Shown here one piece after another: positions 26,902-39,664 of a stretch of DNA of 64,000 nt. This DNA is from Marsupella aquatica (Eukaryota > Plantae > Marchantiophyta), in assembly GCA_973895155.1 (NCBI GenBank), contig OZ316893.1, positions 7,216,963 through 7,280,962 of the forward strand, given 5' to 3'. A program made the position numbers and the translations under genes. Numbering within the stretch: the stretch's first letter is position 1; every line of letters starts with the position of its first letter. The notes below the pieces were generated by a model. It had not been told where the DNA came from and searched no databases. It saw only the letters and a program-made list of their open reading frames with translations.

Positions 26902-28619
26902 TGCTCCTCCTCCCCTCGAACCACTGTCTTACACTGCTACAGTCGTATAGCACTGCTACGACGAAAGTGAATCCCATCTGCAGCTTGTACTTCCTCCTCA
27001 GTCTCCTGCGTCTTCTCTAACTCGATCAGCAAGTCCATCGACCCTGGCACTGCTACCTCCTAATTGACACGTTGCCTTTGTTCAACAGAAGCCGACAACT
27101 TTTAACCATACACGCTAACAAGAATTGACCCCGTTGAGGCGTTGTGGTACCCGGCGCGCAGCTCGAGAAAGGTCACCCGGATGAGCTCAACGACTTGGGT
27201 CCGATTGGGAAAGACCTGGGTCCAATTTCGTTAGCAATAGAACAGGTGGAGATATCTCAGACAACTCATCATTCTCAGAGTCGAAACTCGGTCCTCTTCC
27301 CATCATATCATCACCTCGGATCGCCTTGCCTTTCTCCCAGCTAGCTACTTAGCCATTTCCTTTCCTCTAATCCCCTCACTCGCTCTGATCAGCAAGCGAA
27401 AAAAGTCATGCCGCACAAAAACCCTCAAGAGCTGAATGACAAAATGACGATTAAGTCCAGGCTCGGGCCATCATTCTTTTTGTCGAAATTTACATGGCCG
27501 TCAGCCTAATGGAAAAATTCTTTCTCAGGATCTATACTTCTGCAGCAGGCTACTTGGCTACGTACTGCTGCGATCATCAAGCGCCTGCACAAGTACCTGA
27601 ATGATCACTTACGGGGAAACGGACGCCCAATTCTGTCCACATTCTGCTGGCTTTTTCCTAGCGCAGGCTGCTGCGGGCTGCGAGGAAAGATCCCGAGTCG
27701 CACGCATTGATTACAGGAAAGTTTTATTTCGGAGTGCTTCGAGCTCGGGAGTCCACCGAGCCATATATATTTATAGAAGCATCATGTCACCAGCTTTTAG
27801 GAAATTCCTGCTACAAAAGCAGATTCTCAAATGGGCATGAGGAATAACCACACAAAAAAAGGTTCTCTGATGGGTACCTGCATCTTATTATTAGAGAATG
27901 AGAAACTGGATGCACGTAGCTGACAAAACGGGGTCCGTGCAAAGAGTTTCTCACCTCCGTTCGCTGAAAACAAAAAGCCTGGTGGGACCTCTGTGTCTAG
28001 GGCCACGAGGACAATAGGAGAGGAGCAAGGGTGGTGGGGCTTCTTCTGATTTGTTCCTGGATTTGGGGGTTTAATGTGCAGGCTACCATGGATGAGTGCA
28101 GCGTGTATAACTGCATTCCATGGGAACTGCAGGGTGAGCAACTTACTTTGTAAATGCACAAAAACATGTACCTTCTGGAAGTGCTAGTGCCTCTCACTAA
28201 TACACAAATACATATTAAGGGCATTTTAGTCTATAAGAGTACAAATCCATTAATCAATTACTGCAACACAAATGTTAGAAGCATTTGTGGATAAGTGCAA
28301 CAGACAACTACACATTGTAGATTCATGCACTTTGAGTATTCAGGGTAGTCCAATGAGTGTGACCTGACAAGACATTTGTGGAAGTGCATAAGGGAAGTGC
28401 GTAAGCAATTTCATATGCACTTGTTGGAAAGTGCAACAGGCACATATAGAGTAGTGCAACATGCACTTAGACATGGTAGACCATTCTATTAATGCCCAAG
28501 GGGGGGGGGCCATTGAGAGTCTCTCCATCTAAAACAAGGAGAGACCAGTTTTATACACTAAAGTTAAAATGCCCCTGTGTCATGACTATAATTAATGGCC
28601 TTCTTTTCATTCTTTTAGA

Positions 28620-31290
28620 GTTTTAGACCACCTCAAGAGGAGGTCCAAGTTTTTGACCAGAAAACTTGCACACGTCAGCAGAAGATGGGGCCCCCAATGG
28701 CCCACTAACGGATTACTAGAATTAATAGAATACCTTACTAGAAGCAGCCGCTTGTTCCATTTTGGGGTTGTTTTACAAAAACAAATCCTACATTGTTATA
28801 TGGCGAATCTTTGTTTCAGTCTTCCTAGTTCATTTTTGTTTTGTCATTATTTTAATTTTAATTTGGCCTATGAGGGCTGTCTTATTTTTTATTCTATCAG
28901 TTTTTAATTTATCTCAGACTCCCTATATGTTTTTGTTATTTCAAAATACTTTGTTTTTCTTTTTTGCACTTGTACTCCACAATTCTTAATATATAATTTT
29001 GCTTTTCAAAATAATCTTGATGTAATATAATTGTTACTTGCAGGGCTCGAACCCCCAACCCACACAAGGCCACTACCACTGTGCTACAGTGGTTGTGCTG
29101 CACATTAGACTTTCGACCTGATATTTATTGCTTAAATTACTTAAATTTATAAATTATATTGGCTTGTACAACGCACGCTGTCCGAGATTGATGAGTCTCT
29201 ATTTCTTCACAATAAATTCATTTCTATACTGTCTTTAATTCAAATGATTACTTTAATAAGCTCAAATACGATATGATAAGATCATTTTTACATCATTTTC
29301 AATAAGTTAAAATAGCAAAGTGTTAGAAGGGTGTAGCTATATATATACAAGAACTCATTGGGCAGTAGTTCTTTTTTTTCCGGGTTTTTTATATGTGAGA
29401 TGCAATCCTAGACATTCAAATGTGGAAACAGGCCAGACTTCACTGAACATGAACTTGGGGGCACAATTAAGCAAAACAGTTTGGGAGTGGGCCCCTTGTA
29501 GGTCCTTGATGTGTACATATTTTATTTGTAAAAAACTTAGACCTTGTCTTAGTTGAGGTGGTCTTAAAAATGGAGCAATGACTCCTTCGTTGCAAGCAAT
29601 TGCATTGCTTAACTCCAAAGCTGACACATTTTGACTCAGGCATTTAACTTTAGTGTATGGGTGGCGGTCAGGTTTGCTTTGGACATTGGACTGAGAGACA
29701 ATGGAGGGCCCCCATTCTTATAAAGTCCCCCTTAGACCACCTCAAGACCAGGTCTAAGTTTGTGACCTTGTACACATCAGCAAAAGATGGGGCCCACAAC
29801 AGGCCTATTGATTTGAATTATGACTAGGCTGGATTATGGTTTCGCCGGAGTGTGCCACAGGATTGTCCCCAGAGTTCATGTAAAGTGAAATCTGGCCTGT
29901 TCACACATTTGAATGGTTAGGATTGTATCTCACACATAGTGAAAAGCAATGGCCCAGGACAACAGCTTCCCCGAGTTCTTGTAAAACTCCCCTTAATCTA
30001 CAAGCAGTTGTACTCAATTTTGCCTTGAAACAGCAAGCAGACCCATCCTAGAGAGGATATACATCTAGTTTACTTTGGAGCATGCATCTATGTAAGGTAG
30101 CCACAAGCTTGGCTACAAGGGGATTATACCCAATGATAAAACCAGGAAGGAGAGAGGGTGGAACCAGGTTAATCCCTACCCAATTGACCTAGTAAGCCAA
30201 TTGCTTCACAGCAGTTATACGCTTGCTCCTGGTGTTGGGGGTTTCAGTTACCTCTCTCTTGCCTAATTTGACTCTGGCTGTTTGTCAAGTAAAGCAGTCA
30301 GTGACTTCAGCTGCCTATCAACTAAAACATGTCACCAGCAGACAGATGGATAAATATATTGTATTCTCCAGATGTATTCTAACTACAGCTGGCTGCTCCA
30401 GGTAGTGCTCCACCCCGGAAGGCTTAGGGGGGCAAAGAAGTTATTAACCTCCCACACCTTCAGGACTTGACGGACCGCAAAATTGATTTAGTACTCAACC
30501 AGTCCTTTTGAACCGTGGGCTGTCAGAAATACTTAATATGTAGTAATACCAAAGCAGTTGATTTTGGGTCTGCAAAGTTGGAACCAATACAAAGCTAGGT
30601 AACTATTTCTTCAAATAAGTCAGCAGATGTTCAGTGAAGTATAGAAGTATCATGCTTATGCAAAACAAACGACTTAGAAAAGTGTCCAGGTGAGGTTTTA
30701 CAGTTTACGAAAATTTTAATTGTTCAGGACATCGGATTGAGTGTTGAAGATGTCCAAAAAGCTTGATAAACTCTTGTCAAAAGGTAACTAGAAACAATTT
30801 TGCAGCTCAAATATAATTCATTTTTGTATTCCAGCAAAATATAAGATTTTATCAAATTAAATGAACATTTTGCAAGTTTTGTGGCGCACGATGCAGCCGA
30901 GGCAGAAACTACGTGGACTGCTTCAGTTTTACTGAATTTTAAGAGTATCTAAAAGCCTATCATCCAAAGTGCGTGGTCAGTTCCTAAATCGATGTTGGGA
31001 CCCGTCCAAGTCCCGAAGATGCAGAAGGAGCCGGGTTATGTACTTCTTTGCTTAGGAGGGCTTTACAAGAAGTAGCCAGCCTCTTTTTGTCCAATTCTAA
31101 GATGATGCAATATTGGCCAGTCAAATGTGTGACCAGGCCAGACTTTACTTTACATGAACTTGGGGCACGATTTGACCATGAAAACCATTACCAATCTTAG
31201 TCACCGGCCTGCTATGGGTCCCTTGTGGGTCCCATTTTCTGCTGTGTGGCCATGTTTTTTGATCACAAACTTGAATGTGGTCTAAAGAAT
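28620..31290. repeat. Cluster of degenerate direct and inverted repeats (MITE/MULE-like remnants)
   Basis: ttagaccacctcaaga...gatggggccc at about 28622 and 29732, with an inverted copy at about 31215-31287. caggccagactt...catgaacttgggg at about 29430 and 31133, with an inverted copy at about 29866-29900. Confidence 0.5.
29040..29087 (-). other. tRNA-derived SINE-like fragment (Pol III A/B boxes)
   Basis: Minus strand GTAGCACAGTGGTAGTGGCCTTGTGTGGGTTGGGGGTTCGAGCCCTGC contains A-box TAGCACAGTGG and B-box GGTTCGAGCCC. It is too short for a cloverleaf. Confidence 0.45.
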
Positions 31291-33475
31291 GCATTGATTG
31301 GTCCATTTCTATTCAGGATTGTGTAGGCAGTGGCCATTTTTGCAAATTGTGTAGGGTGATTCTGTGAACTTTAAATCTTGGGGACCGTGTGATCTACTTT
31401 CCAGATCACGCGACAGAAGAAGGACAAGAACGAAGACCAGAGAAACAGTACAAAACGACCACATTAATGGAAGCCCAGGTAGGATAATGTGCTTAATTCG
31501 TAGTCTGTCTGTACGTCAAGACTCGGCGAGTGTAAGAACTGGTCATGAAATATTCGGGATCCTTCCATAGTTCCATGCAATCTCTTGTGACGAAGGAAGG
31601 GAGCGACCTTTCCTATTTCCCCCAGAGAATGTCAAAGTCAGGGAGTACAATAGGTTTTGTAATCCTTTTTAATGGAACGCTTCCACCCACCCTTGCCAAC
31701 TCAAAAAACAATCCATCTCTCTAGCGACTACTGTCGAATTGTTCAACTTTGCTCCATGGACAACGGACTAAAGATTCAATCCGTCAACCAGCAATGTTAA
31801 GACAGCACGATCTATTGAATTGATTGTTATTGAGAAAAGCTGTCGCTTGGGTTTGGTTTCCAATAAAGCTTTGGCCACTAAGAAAGGTTACCTAGTAGTC
31901 ATCAATATATATATCGATCACCATAGCTGCCGCCTGCCAGGAAAATCCTTGCAAGAAGAATACAAGTATGCGATGAATTCAACAACTACTGTTATTCGTA
32001 ATTATTAATCCAACCTCCGTTTTAGATAGTCATGGCTACCGAATCATGCCCACGGTCCCATAGACTTGCTCGAATCGAAGTGGGCCTGAAAGAAGACGGG
32101 TCAAACGTGGCCGCGGGCCTTCAGTGGTCCACACAGTAGTACTTTGTTATTAGTATAGAAATTGAAATAAAATGATCGACGGCGCTAGGAATTCATTTCC
32201 AATCTTTTGCTTGCCTAACATGGGCTTAGTAAGCTTACAAAATCTATTTTAGAAACTCACAATTTAACTAGGATAATATATTGGATGGAGGTAGAGAAGC
32301 TTTTCATAGAAAGAGTAATTCGATGCTGTGATAGGATCCCAACGTCTGGACTGGGCTCCTTTTAAATGTTTTCACAACCCTTCAAATGAAGGATTCCGTT
32401 GAAGTCAGCCTGTCCAGAAGTCATCATGGGACAATAAAGATGAAAATGAAAGATAATGGTCATTATCCTGGAAGACCAAAGAGTCAAAAAGGCTACGAGT
32501 CCAAAACTCAAAAACTCGAGCTCTATTGATAGACCTACATAGTAAATTGCACAGGAGGGTCACAAAACTTGAGCCCTACACAAAAAACTGCACGGGATAT
32601 ATCAAAGGAAACGGTGCAAGATAGAGTCAAGGGACCCAAGACTCAAAAGTTAGGACGTAAAAAGATACTACAATAACGAGCAGGGGAACGCTTCTCCTTC
32701 AGCCCCCGCTCCTGCAATTGTTTTCCTTCTACTCAGATAGTCAGTAATTTTCTCCTTAAAAAACTCCCCATTTTGGTTTAAAGTGATCTGGTACTATCCT
32801 GGCTGCAAGGTTCATGGAAGTGGTCCATTAGTCTAAGCAGATTTCAGTTCAATCTATATCTGCCTTTTTCTTTTATTTTCTAGTAGTCTTTTCTTGTGAC
32901 TTTGGTATTACTAGGCTGTCGAGTTCCTCAGTCTCTTGTAGTCGGGTCCAACAAAGTTGCTTTCAGAAGGGTCACCTGTCTCCAGGTTCGGCGTTTTTGC
33001 CTTTTGTCACTTTGATAAATATGTCACCTTCTTGCTTCAAAACCACACACTAAGACATGATCTACTGTTAGTATATAATGCACGTCTATGGGCTCCTCAC
33101 ACGCTTTTGTACCTGCTGAGTCCGAACGAAAACATGGAAGCATCTGAGGAACCACCAGTCTTTCAAAGACCAAACGGTCTCAGCGACAGGGTCTTCGATT
33201 GTACCCAAGTCAAACAGGATCCTCCTCTCGATCGAGAACGTTGCGTTGGCGGTTGGCCCGACCCTACCTGCTCGTCGCAATGAATGACCTTCAGCCCTTC
33301 AGAGACTACGGTTAGTAGTCTTCCATGCGAGACTTGATTACCAGAGCCCAGTTCGGGGTCGAGTTTTCATTTTCCATTTTCCCGTGTCTCCTGTTTTGCT
33401 AGTAATATATTCTTGATGGAAATCAACTCTCCATTGGCTCTCGCCCCATGCTGTATTTGTCATCCAATGTTTGAT

Positions 33476-33695
33476 TTCCTGGAAACATCTTCACTTCCAT
33501 TACATTCAACAGAAGTGGGGCAGGATTGGCAGCCCAGGAAGAGAGTGTTGTTTTGCCAGAATATGTGTGAAATCCATTCTCAATTAGCAAGCGCCGCATG
33601 CTGTAGTCGTCATCCATCTCGATCTTGTTCGATTCCTGGAAAATATTTTCACTTCCATTACATTCAACAGAAGTAGAGTAGGACTGGCGGCCCAC
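33476..33695. repeat. ~60-bp direct repeat pair
   Basis: ttcctggaaa.at.ttcacttccattacattcaacagaagt...gga.tggc.gccca at about 33476 and 33633. Confidence 0.7.
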
Positions 33696-35246
33696 AAAGA
33701 ACGAGAACAAGTGTTGACGGTTTTTTTCGCTTATGAGCAGCAAAGGAACTTAACCAGCCTCCGAAATTTCAACTAAATGGACACTCAAGATTAATTTAGG
33801 ACTTGACCAGGGGCCCCATAGACGGTAAGCTTTCTGAATTTTTTAAGATACAATATATCCAGTCTTTGATGTCGGGTCTGCCTTGGTTACACAATTCAAC
33901 CACTGCTGGGTCTGCGCTGTTACATAGTTCGCCATTGCTGGGTCTGCGTTGGCTGCTTCACAGTCACCATGCTTGCTTCAAGGAATACCACCAATGAAAC
34001 TTATTGGTAAAATCCAATATTTTATTGGCTGTCCAGATGGACTTGTTTGAACTGAAAATTAAATTTTTTGGTGTGATCTTGTAAATTCAAATTACCAAAA
34101 ACTTGTCGGAATTGAAAATTGTAGGTATGATCATTTCAGTTCAAACCACCTACAGACAAAAACAGACAAAAACAGGTAAAACTTGAAACAACCGCCCAAG
34201 TGTAGATTACAATTACAAACTGAGGACTTCAGATTACAAACTTAGAACTTTAGACGTGGTCCATCACGTAGTGGAGTTCTCTACATAGATAGTCAGTGTC
34301 CAATAAGTCTTGAAGATGCAAGAGTTGTTAAGCTCTCTGTAGCTGTTAAACCCTCTATCGTTGCATGCGGAAATTTGAGTGCAGTCAGCCTATCCGTTAG
34401 TGTCCAGCCTAGCTTCCCTTAAAGTCTTGCCTGCGTCTCTAGCTGTTCATCGAGCATTAATTTCTGCTGGCTAAGTCCTCGACGCCGTTGCGACTTAGTC
34501 CAATATATATTATCTTTATTTCATTGCTCAGTCGCCTGCTTCCAATTGTATTCTCTCACAATTCTTGGTTCTGTATGTGCTTGTAGTCTGTCATATACCT
34601 TCTCAGAAATCTAGTACGATCTGCTTTTGCAATACTTGAATACTTACGTCCCCAAGATCACGTGTACTTTTAGTTTCAACGAGGAAAGCTGAGACCATGT
34701 CTGCGGCAATTTTCGCTGGAAATGACAAGTAAGCGTCTAAGAAATTCACTCGAAGTGGGCTCCAGGAAGGAATAATGAACTTAGACGTAGCATTTTGTTG
34801 AGGTGTGGTCCGAAATGATACTGAATTACAGATCAAAAAGTAGGACACATAAAGTGAAATGGACATTGTTTAAGAGAAGGTCAAGTGAAGAAGGTTTTTG
34901 CATGACATCATTGTCTGACCTTGAAAGTCTCCAGTGATGATCTTGATGATTTCCATTACTGTTCAGATTCTTAGTTTTCATCTAATCCCTAGCTTTTCAG
35001 GTTAATATGTTCGCGTGGTGTTTGTTTTCTCTCCTGACTGCTTGCTCCTCTGCTATTCCCGTGCACTTTACATTGCAGGTGCGTCTGACTTGGTCCTTGT
35101 TTAGTTTACTTCCAATTAATCTCCACTAGAGAACTCGTTGAATGTTGGTCACAAACCATTTATAATTGGTCCCGTCTCGTTTCTTGTGTTCTAGCTAGCT
35201 CATGTACAGCAGAAGACCATTCAGAATGCTGTTGAGAGACACAGAC

Positions 35247-35372
35247 TTCAGAGACAATTTACAGTGTACCTCTTGAATGGTCCTCTTTTCATTGATAACT
35301 ATATTCTAATTCAGAGACAATTTACAGTACCTCTTAATACTCTTTTCATTGATAACTATATTCTAATTCAGA
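35247..35372. repeat. ~63-bp tandem duplication
   Basis: ttcagagacaatttacagt..acctctt...cttttcattgataactatattctaa occurs twice. Confidence 0.8.
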
Positions 35373-36315
35373 GGACTGATTCAGAATGCTGTTCAAAATA
35401 AGTACTAGAGTAATCAAGATTCAGAATGTGGTACATGGACCTCCCACTTAGTATTTGTTGGAGTAAATAAAAACATTTTGAGAGAAGAACAAGATGATTA
35501 GACTAGCCAAAGATGTCAAGGCAAGAGAAGGCAAAAATATTGAGGCAAGTTTAGATATATGTCCGTTGCATTTGGGCAAAGACTTGGGGATCTCACTATA
35601 TGGAGATTTCCCCATCCCCTTCAACATTTTTAGGCCTCAAATCCCCTAAAATGTAAGTAAAATAAATAAAAAATTTAAACCCCTATAAAGTTAAAATATT
35701 CTATATTCTAAAATTTTGATTTAAATGATCCTAATATTCTTATAAATCTCAAAAGTAAATTTAAAAGACCTTATTGTTCTTCTGCAAAAATTATTAAGTC
35801 TTTTGTTATTTCCAATAAAATGACCCCATTTTTCATTTCACGTGACGTGTCATTTTTGTGGAAGTGAAACCCCCGAAGGCAAAGATGTTGGGGTAAGGTG
35901 AACATGTTGAGGCAGCAAAGGCAAAAACAAATGCAAGCAAGCCAATATATGCAAAGAAATCCAAGCCAGGCAAGAAAGTTGTTTAGACATTTCAAATGTT
36001 TTTGCTACCAATCATGTTGTCAGTATATTAACTACGGTTTGCTCTAACCCTAGTTGAAGAGATTGGTCCTTATCTCGTTAACTTCTATGTGGTAGAAAAA
36101 CACACAAGAGAGTTCTCAAGAGAGAACATAGGGATAAAGCAAGGAGATGAGAGCTTGAAGGGATGAGAGCTATGGTGATGCTTGAGTAGACATAATTATA
36201 ACCGTTAATAAAGCTTTGTATTCCCGTGGACATAGCCAGCCTTGAGGCGAACCACGTAACTATTGAGCACGTGTATGTTTGGAGTGTTTTTCCTGATCTA
36301 ATTTCTCCCCACAAT

Positions 36316-36327
36316 TGGTATCAGAGC
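36316..36327 (+). other. Primer-binding site (tRNA-iMet)
   Basis: TGGTATCAGAGC 2 nt after the LTR-terminal CA. Confidence 0.9.
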
Positions 36328-37492
36328 TCAGGTTTTCTCAGCTGATTAGGAACTCCATAGAACTTGCTTTAAGCAAAGCGAACAGCGGAAGTCTTTCTCT
36401 TTGAAGCGGAGCTATTGGAAGAAGATCGGACTTAATCTTCTCACAAGTGTGGAGCACACACCCAAGGGCTCATTTCAGTGAAGCAACGATGGCCTGAGGT
36501 TAGAAATTAAAACAATAACAAGTGACGGTTTTCCAATTTGAGCTATTGGGCAAGAGATAAGTTCAATTTCTCAGATCAGCCTTTTTTATTGTTCTTTCAA
36601 GACTTGAAACTAAGATACGCTTGAGCACCTCGTCTTTCTGGACGTTTCAATATCAACATTGTTGAATTTTGTCAAACGGTTGAGAAGCAATCTCAATTTC
36701 AATTCTTGTTTTGAGCTCAAAATTTTGGCTATGGCGGATAAATTAATATAAGTCACTTTCACCTATTTGTTTCTCCCTCAATTCTAGCTTCACCATTTTG
36801 AGAGTTCTTTATGTTGATCTTGATGCCCTCAAAGTTTGGTTTCTGAATCTGAAATCAGATTTAGATTTTGTCAAAAACTGAGACGGGAATTTGAGTGAAT
36901 CCGCCGAGGGGTATGTTCTGCCGCGAGTAGTCGTGACTTCCGCGGACGGGCGAGGAGGTTGAAAACTTTGAGGGAGGCCTTTTAGGGCTTGACAAGGCTC
37001 AGGCAAGGGGAAGTGCCCCCTGTGAATTTCCTCCACAGGGGCTGTACAAGGGCGCACATAACTTCCTGAAAAGATTTTTTTCCATAGGCTTAAATTTTTA
37101 CCGAAGGTCAAAGATTTTGAGCGGCAAACAAAATCGGATCAACTTCAACTTTAATTTGGAGAGGCGTACTTGGGGAAGCTAGGCAAGTATTGGTGCGTTC
37201 AATTTTGAAAAAATATACTAGTGGAATCTTTGGCATAACAGATTCCCTCAAGGGGTAATTATTTCATTTTTAACCCCCCTCCGGTCAGAGTAAAAATTCT
37301 TGGCACTCGAGAGTCCATTTGACAAATCATTTTCAGAATTTGGAGCGTTACCTTGTGGGCTACACACAAGAGTAATCAGTTTCAAAATTCACCAACTTTC
37401 ATTTTTGGCTTTATTTTCACACCCCACATCTGAGCATTCGACGTTTATTTTTTGTCGAAAGGTGACTCCACACTAGATTCGGCATTCCAGCG

Positions 37493-39068
37493 ATGGCGAC
37501 TACTAGGATTGGAGGTCAAAGGTTTGAGGTGGAAAAATTTGATGGTCGGATAGACTATACAATGTGGGAACGTAACATGAGGGATGTACTTAGAGCGATT
37601 GGCCTAGGCAAGGTACTAAGATCTCAACCTAAGGAAATGGAAGATGATGATTGGCATGATCTCTAGGATCAAGCGGTAAGCATTGTTGGCATATATCTCA
37701 AAAATAATGTGAAGAAGCAATTTGAGGAAAAATCAACACAAACGGTGACGGACTTGTTTCAAGCATTACGCAACAAGTACTACAAGAAGGAGATGTCAAA
37801 CCAAATGTATGCAAGCCTTAAGCTCATGCAATTCAAAATGGCTGATGGAGTCAAGATTCAAGATCATATCGATCAGTTTAATGATCTTGTGGTTGACCTA
37901 GAGAATTTGGGGGAGCATTTGAGCAAAGAAATTAAAGCCTTACAACTCTTGAGCTCACTACCACCTTCGTACAAGTCTTTGTCTCGAGTTTTTCTATTCC
38001 ATGATAAGACAACTATATCCTAAAATGATGTGGTGAGTGCCCTTGACCGATGATATGCAGTCTAAGCTAGTTTCTTCAGCTCATCCTACCTCAACCTCAT
38101 CATCAACAGTACTGTTGGTAGAAAGAGGCAAGACAAGGGAGCTATTTCATGAAAATAAAAGGTTTAACCCACTTCCCATGGAGCGAGGAAGGTTTCAGGA
38201 CCAATCTTTTGGTAGGAGGAGGTTTAGATCCAGATCTAGATCTCGATCCAAATCACCATCCAACTAAGTCTACTCGTGAGGTAAAGTGTTGGAAGTGTGA
38301 CAAAGTGGGCCACATGAAGAAGGATCGATTATCGCGTCAAAGACACATTCAAGGAAATTGTCGGTTCTTCAACCCAAGTAGTTGTTCGAGAAGAGGATAG
38401 TGAAGGATTTGCATTGTGTACCATTTCCCAAGTTGACGATTGTCAATGGATTTTGGATTCCACTTGCTCGTATCACATATATTATATGCGTGAACTTTTC
38501 TCATCCTACACTCCGATCAACGGATCTGTTTTGATGGGAAATAATCATTGTTGCAAAGTTTTAGGGATTGGATCCGTAAAGAATCAACTACCCAGTGGCA
38601 AGTATTGTACTCTATCAAATGTCAGACACATTCCAGAAATGTGTAACTAAGAATTTGATTTCTCTTGGCTACTTGGATGCAAAGGGTTATCAATGGAGTG
38701 CAACTGATATGGTGTTAACAGTCACGCACGGATCAAATGAAGTTCTTATTGGCAAGAGAAAAAGAAACATTTCTGTCTTGGAAGGCACCACCCTTCTTGC
38801 CGAAGTCAATTTGGTCACATCTCAGGAGGAGAAAATCAATTTATGGCCTACTCGGCTTGGTCACATGAGTGAAAAAAGTTTGGAAATCTTATGTGTACAC
38901 AAGCGACATCTCCTACCAGGATTGCAAGCTACATGCAAGTTGAGTTTTTGTGATCATTGCATTGTCGGCAAGAAAACAAGAACTTCATTTCCGACTGCCA
39001 TTCATCATTCTAAAGTTGTACTTGAGTATATTCATTCCGATGTGTGGGGTCCTGCTCTGATTTCCTCA
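37493..39068 (+). pseudogene. Copia gag-protease-integrase with stops and frameshifts
   Basis: MATTRIGGQRFEVEKFDGRIDYTMW, LLSSLPPSY, zinc knuckle CWKCDKVGH, protease WILDSTCSYH, LWxxRLGHMSE, CDHC, YIHSDVWGP. Confidence 0.9.
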
Positions 39069-39398
39069 TGTGACGCCGCCGGTACGGCGGGTAATGAGTG
39101 ATTTGGTCTAATCGTGCTTAGCACACGCGTTAGGGGTATCTTAGGCTGTTATTATTAGCATAATGATAATATTTAGGTAACCATTATGAGTAGGAAATCA
39201 TTAGTCAATAAGGGGAATTCATGTTTGGGCTGGCGGCGGGTCGCCATTCGCACGCCTGGGTTGCGAGCATGTAATGGGCCCCCTTTCCCCCTCCCTCGGG
39301 TCCGTATAACAAACTCCGGGAGGCGGCCACTAACACGAGCTGACCCGGACCGGCAAAAGGGTTGGTACACTGCGAGCGTGAAAGGCTCGGCCTATAAA
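39069..39398 (+). mobile_element. 5' start of GC-rich giant LTR-like unit E3 (probably resumes at 57359)
   Basis: Abrupt TGTGACGCC start inside the Copia integrase. The TGTGA start resembles units E1 and E4. The segment ends at a TATAAA. Confidence 0.6.
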
Positions 39399-39415
39399 TG
39401 ATGAGGATTTCTCTG

Positions 39416-39580
39416 AGTAACCCAAAAGATAGTGCCGGAACTTTTTACAAGAGAAAATGACTGCTAAGGCCTCCCTCTCTGTGACCGTATAATTTTTTTC
39501 AGCATTATTCATTTGCCTACTGGCGTAATATATAGGGTGATCTTTCTTCTCATCATCCAGTTGACTTAAGGCTAAATATC
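39416..39580 (-). pseudogene. Gypsy RNase H fragment
   Basis: LSQLDDEKKDHPIYYASRQMNNAEKNYTVTEREALAVIFSCKKFRHYLLGY. Confidence 0.88.
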
Positions 39581-39664
39581 TTAGAAAATATTTTGACATT
39601 GTTATTTTTCCTGGTAACAGTAAATTTTTGCTGGTAACAGGAAAATTTTTACTGGTACCAGTAA

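Larger units (their letters stand above)
36015..39068 (+). mobile_element. Ty1/Copia retrotransposon, 5' part (Tnt1/Tork-like), interrupted in integrase
   Basis: LTR ends ...CCCCACA at 36313 (start approximate), followed by PBS TGGTATCAGAGC at 36316-36327 and a decayed gag-protease-integrase. It is cut at 39068 by a TGTGACG insertion. Confidence 0.85.

Noticed and set aside
29040-29087. tRNA gene
   Set aside because: A and B boxes are present but there is no complete cloverleaf or acceptor stem.
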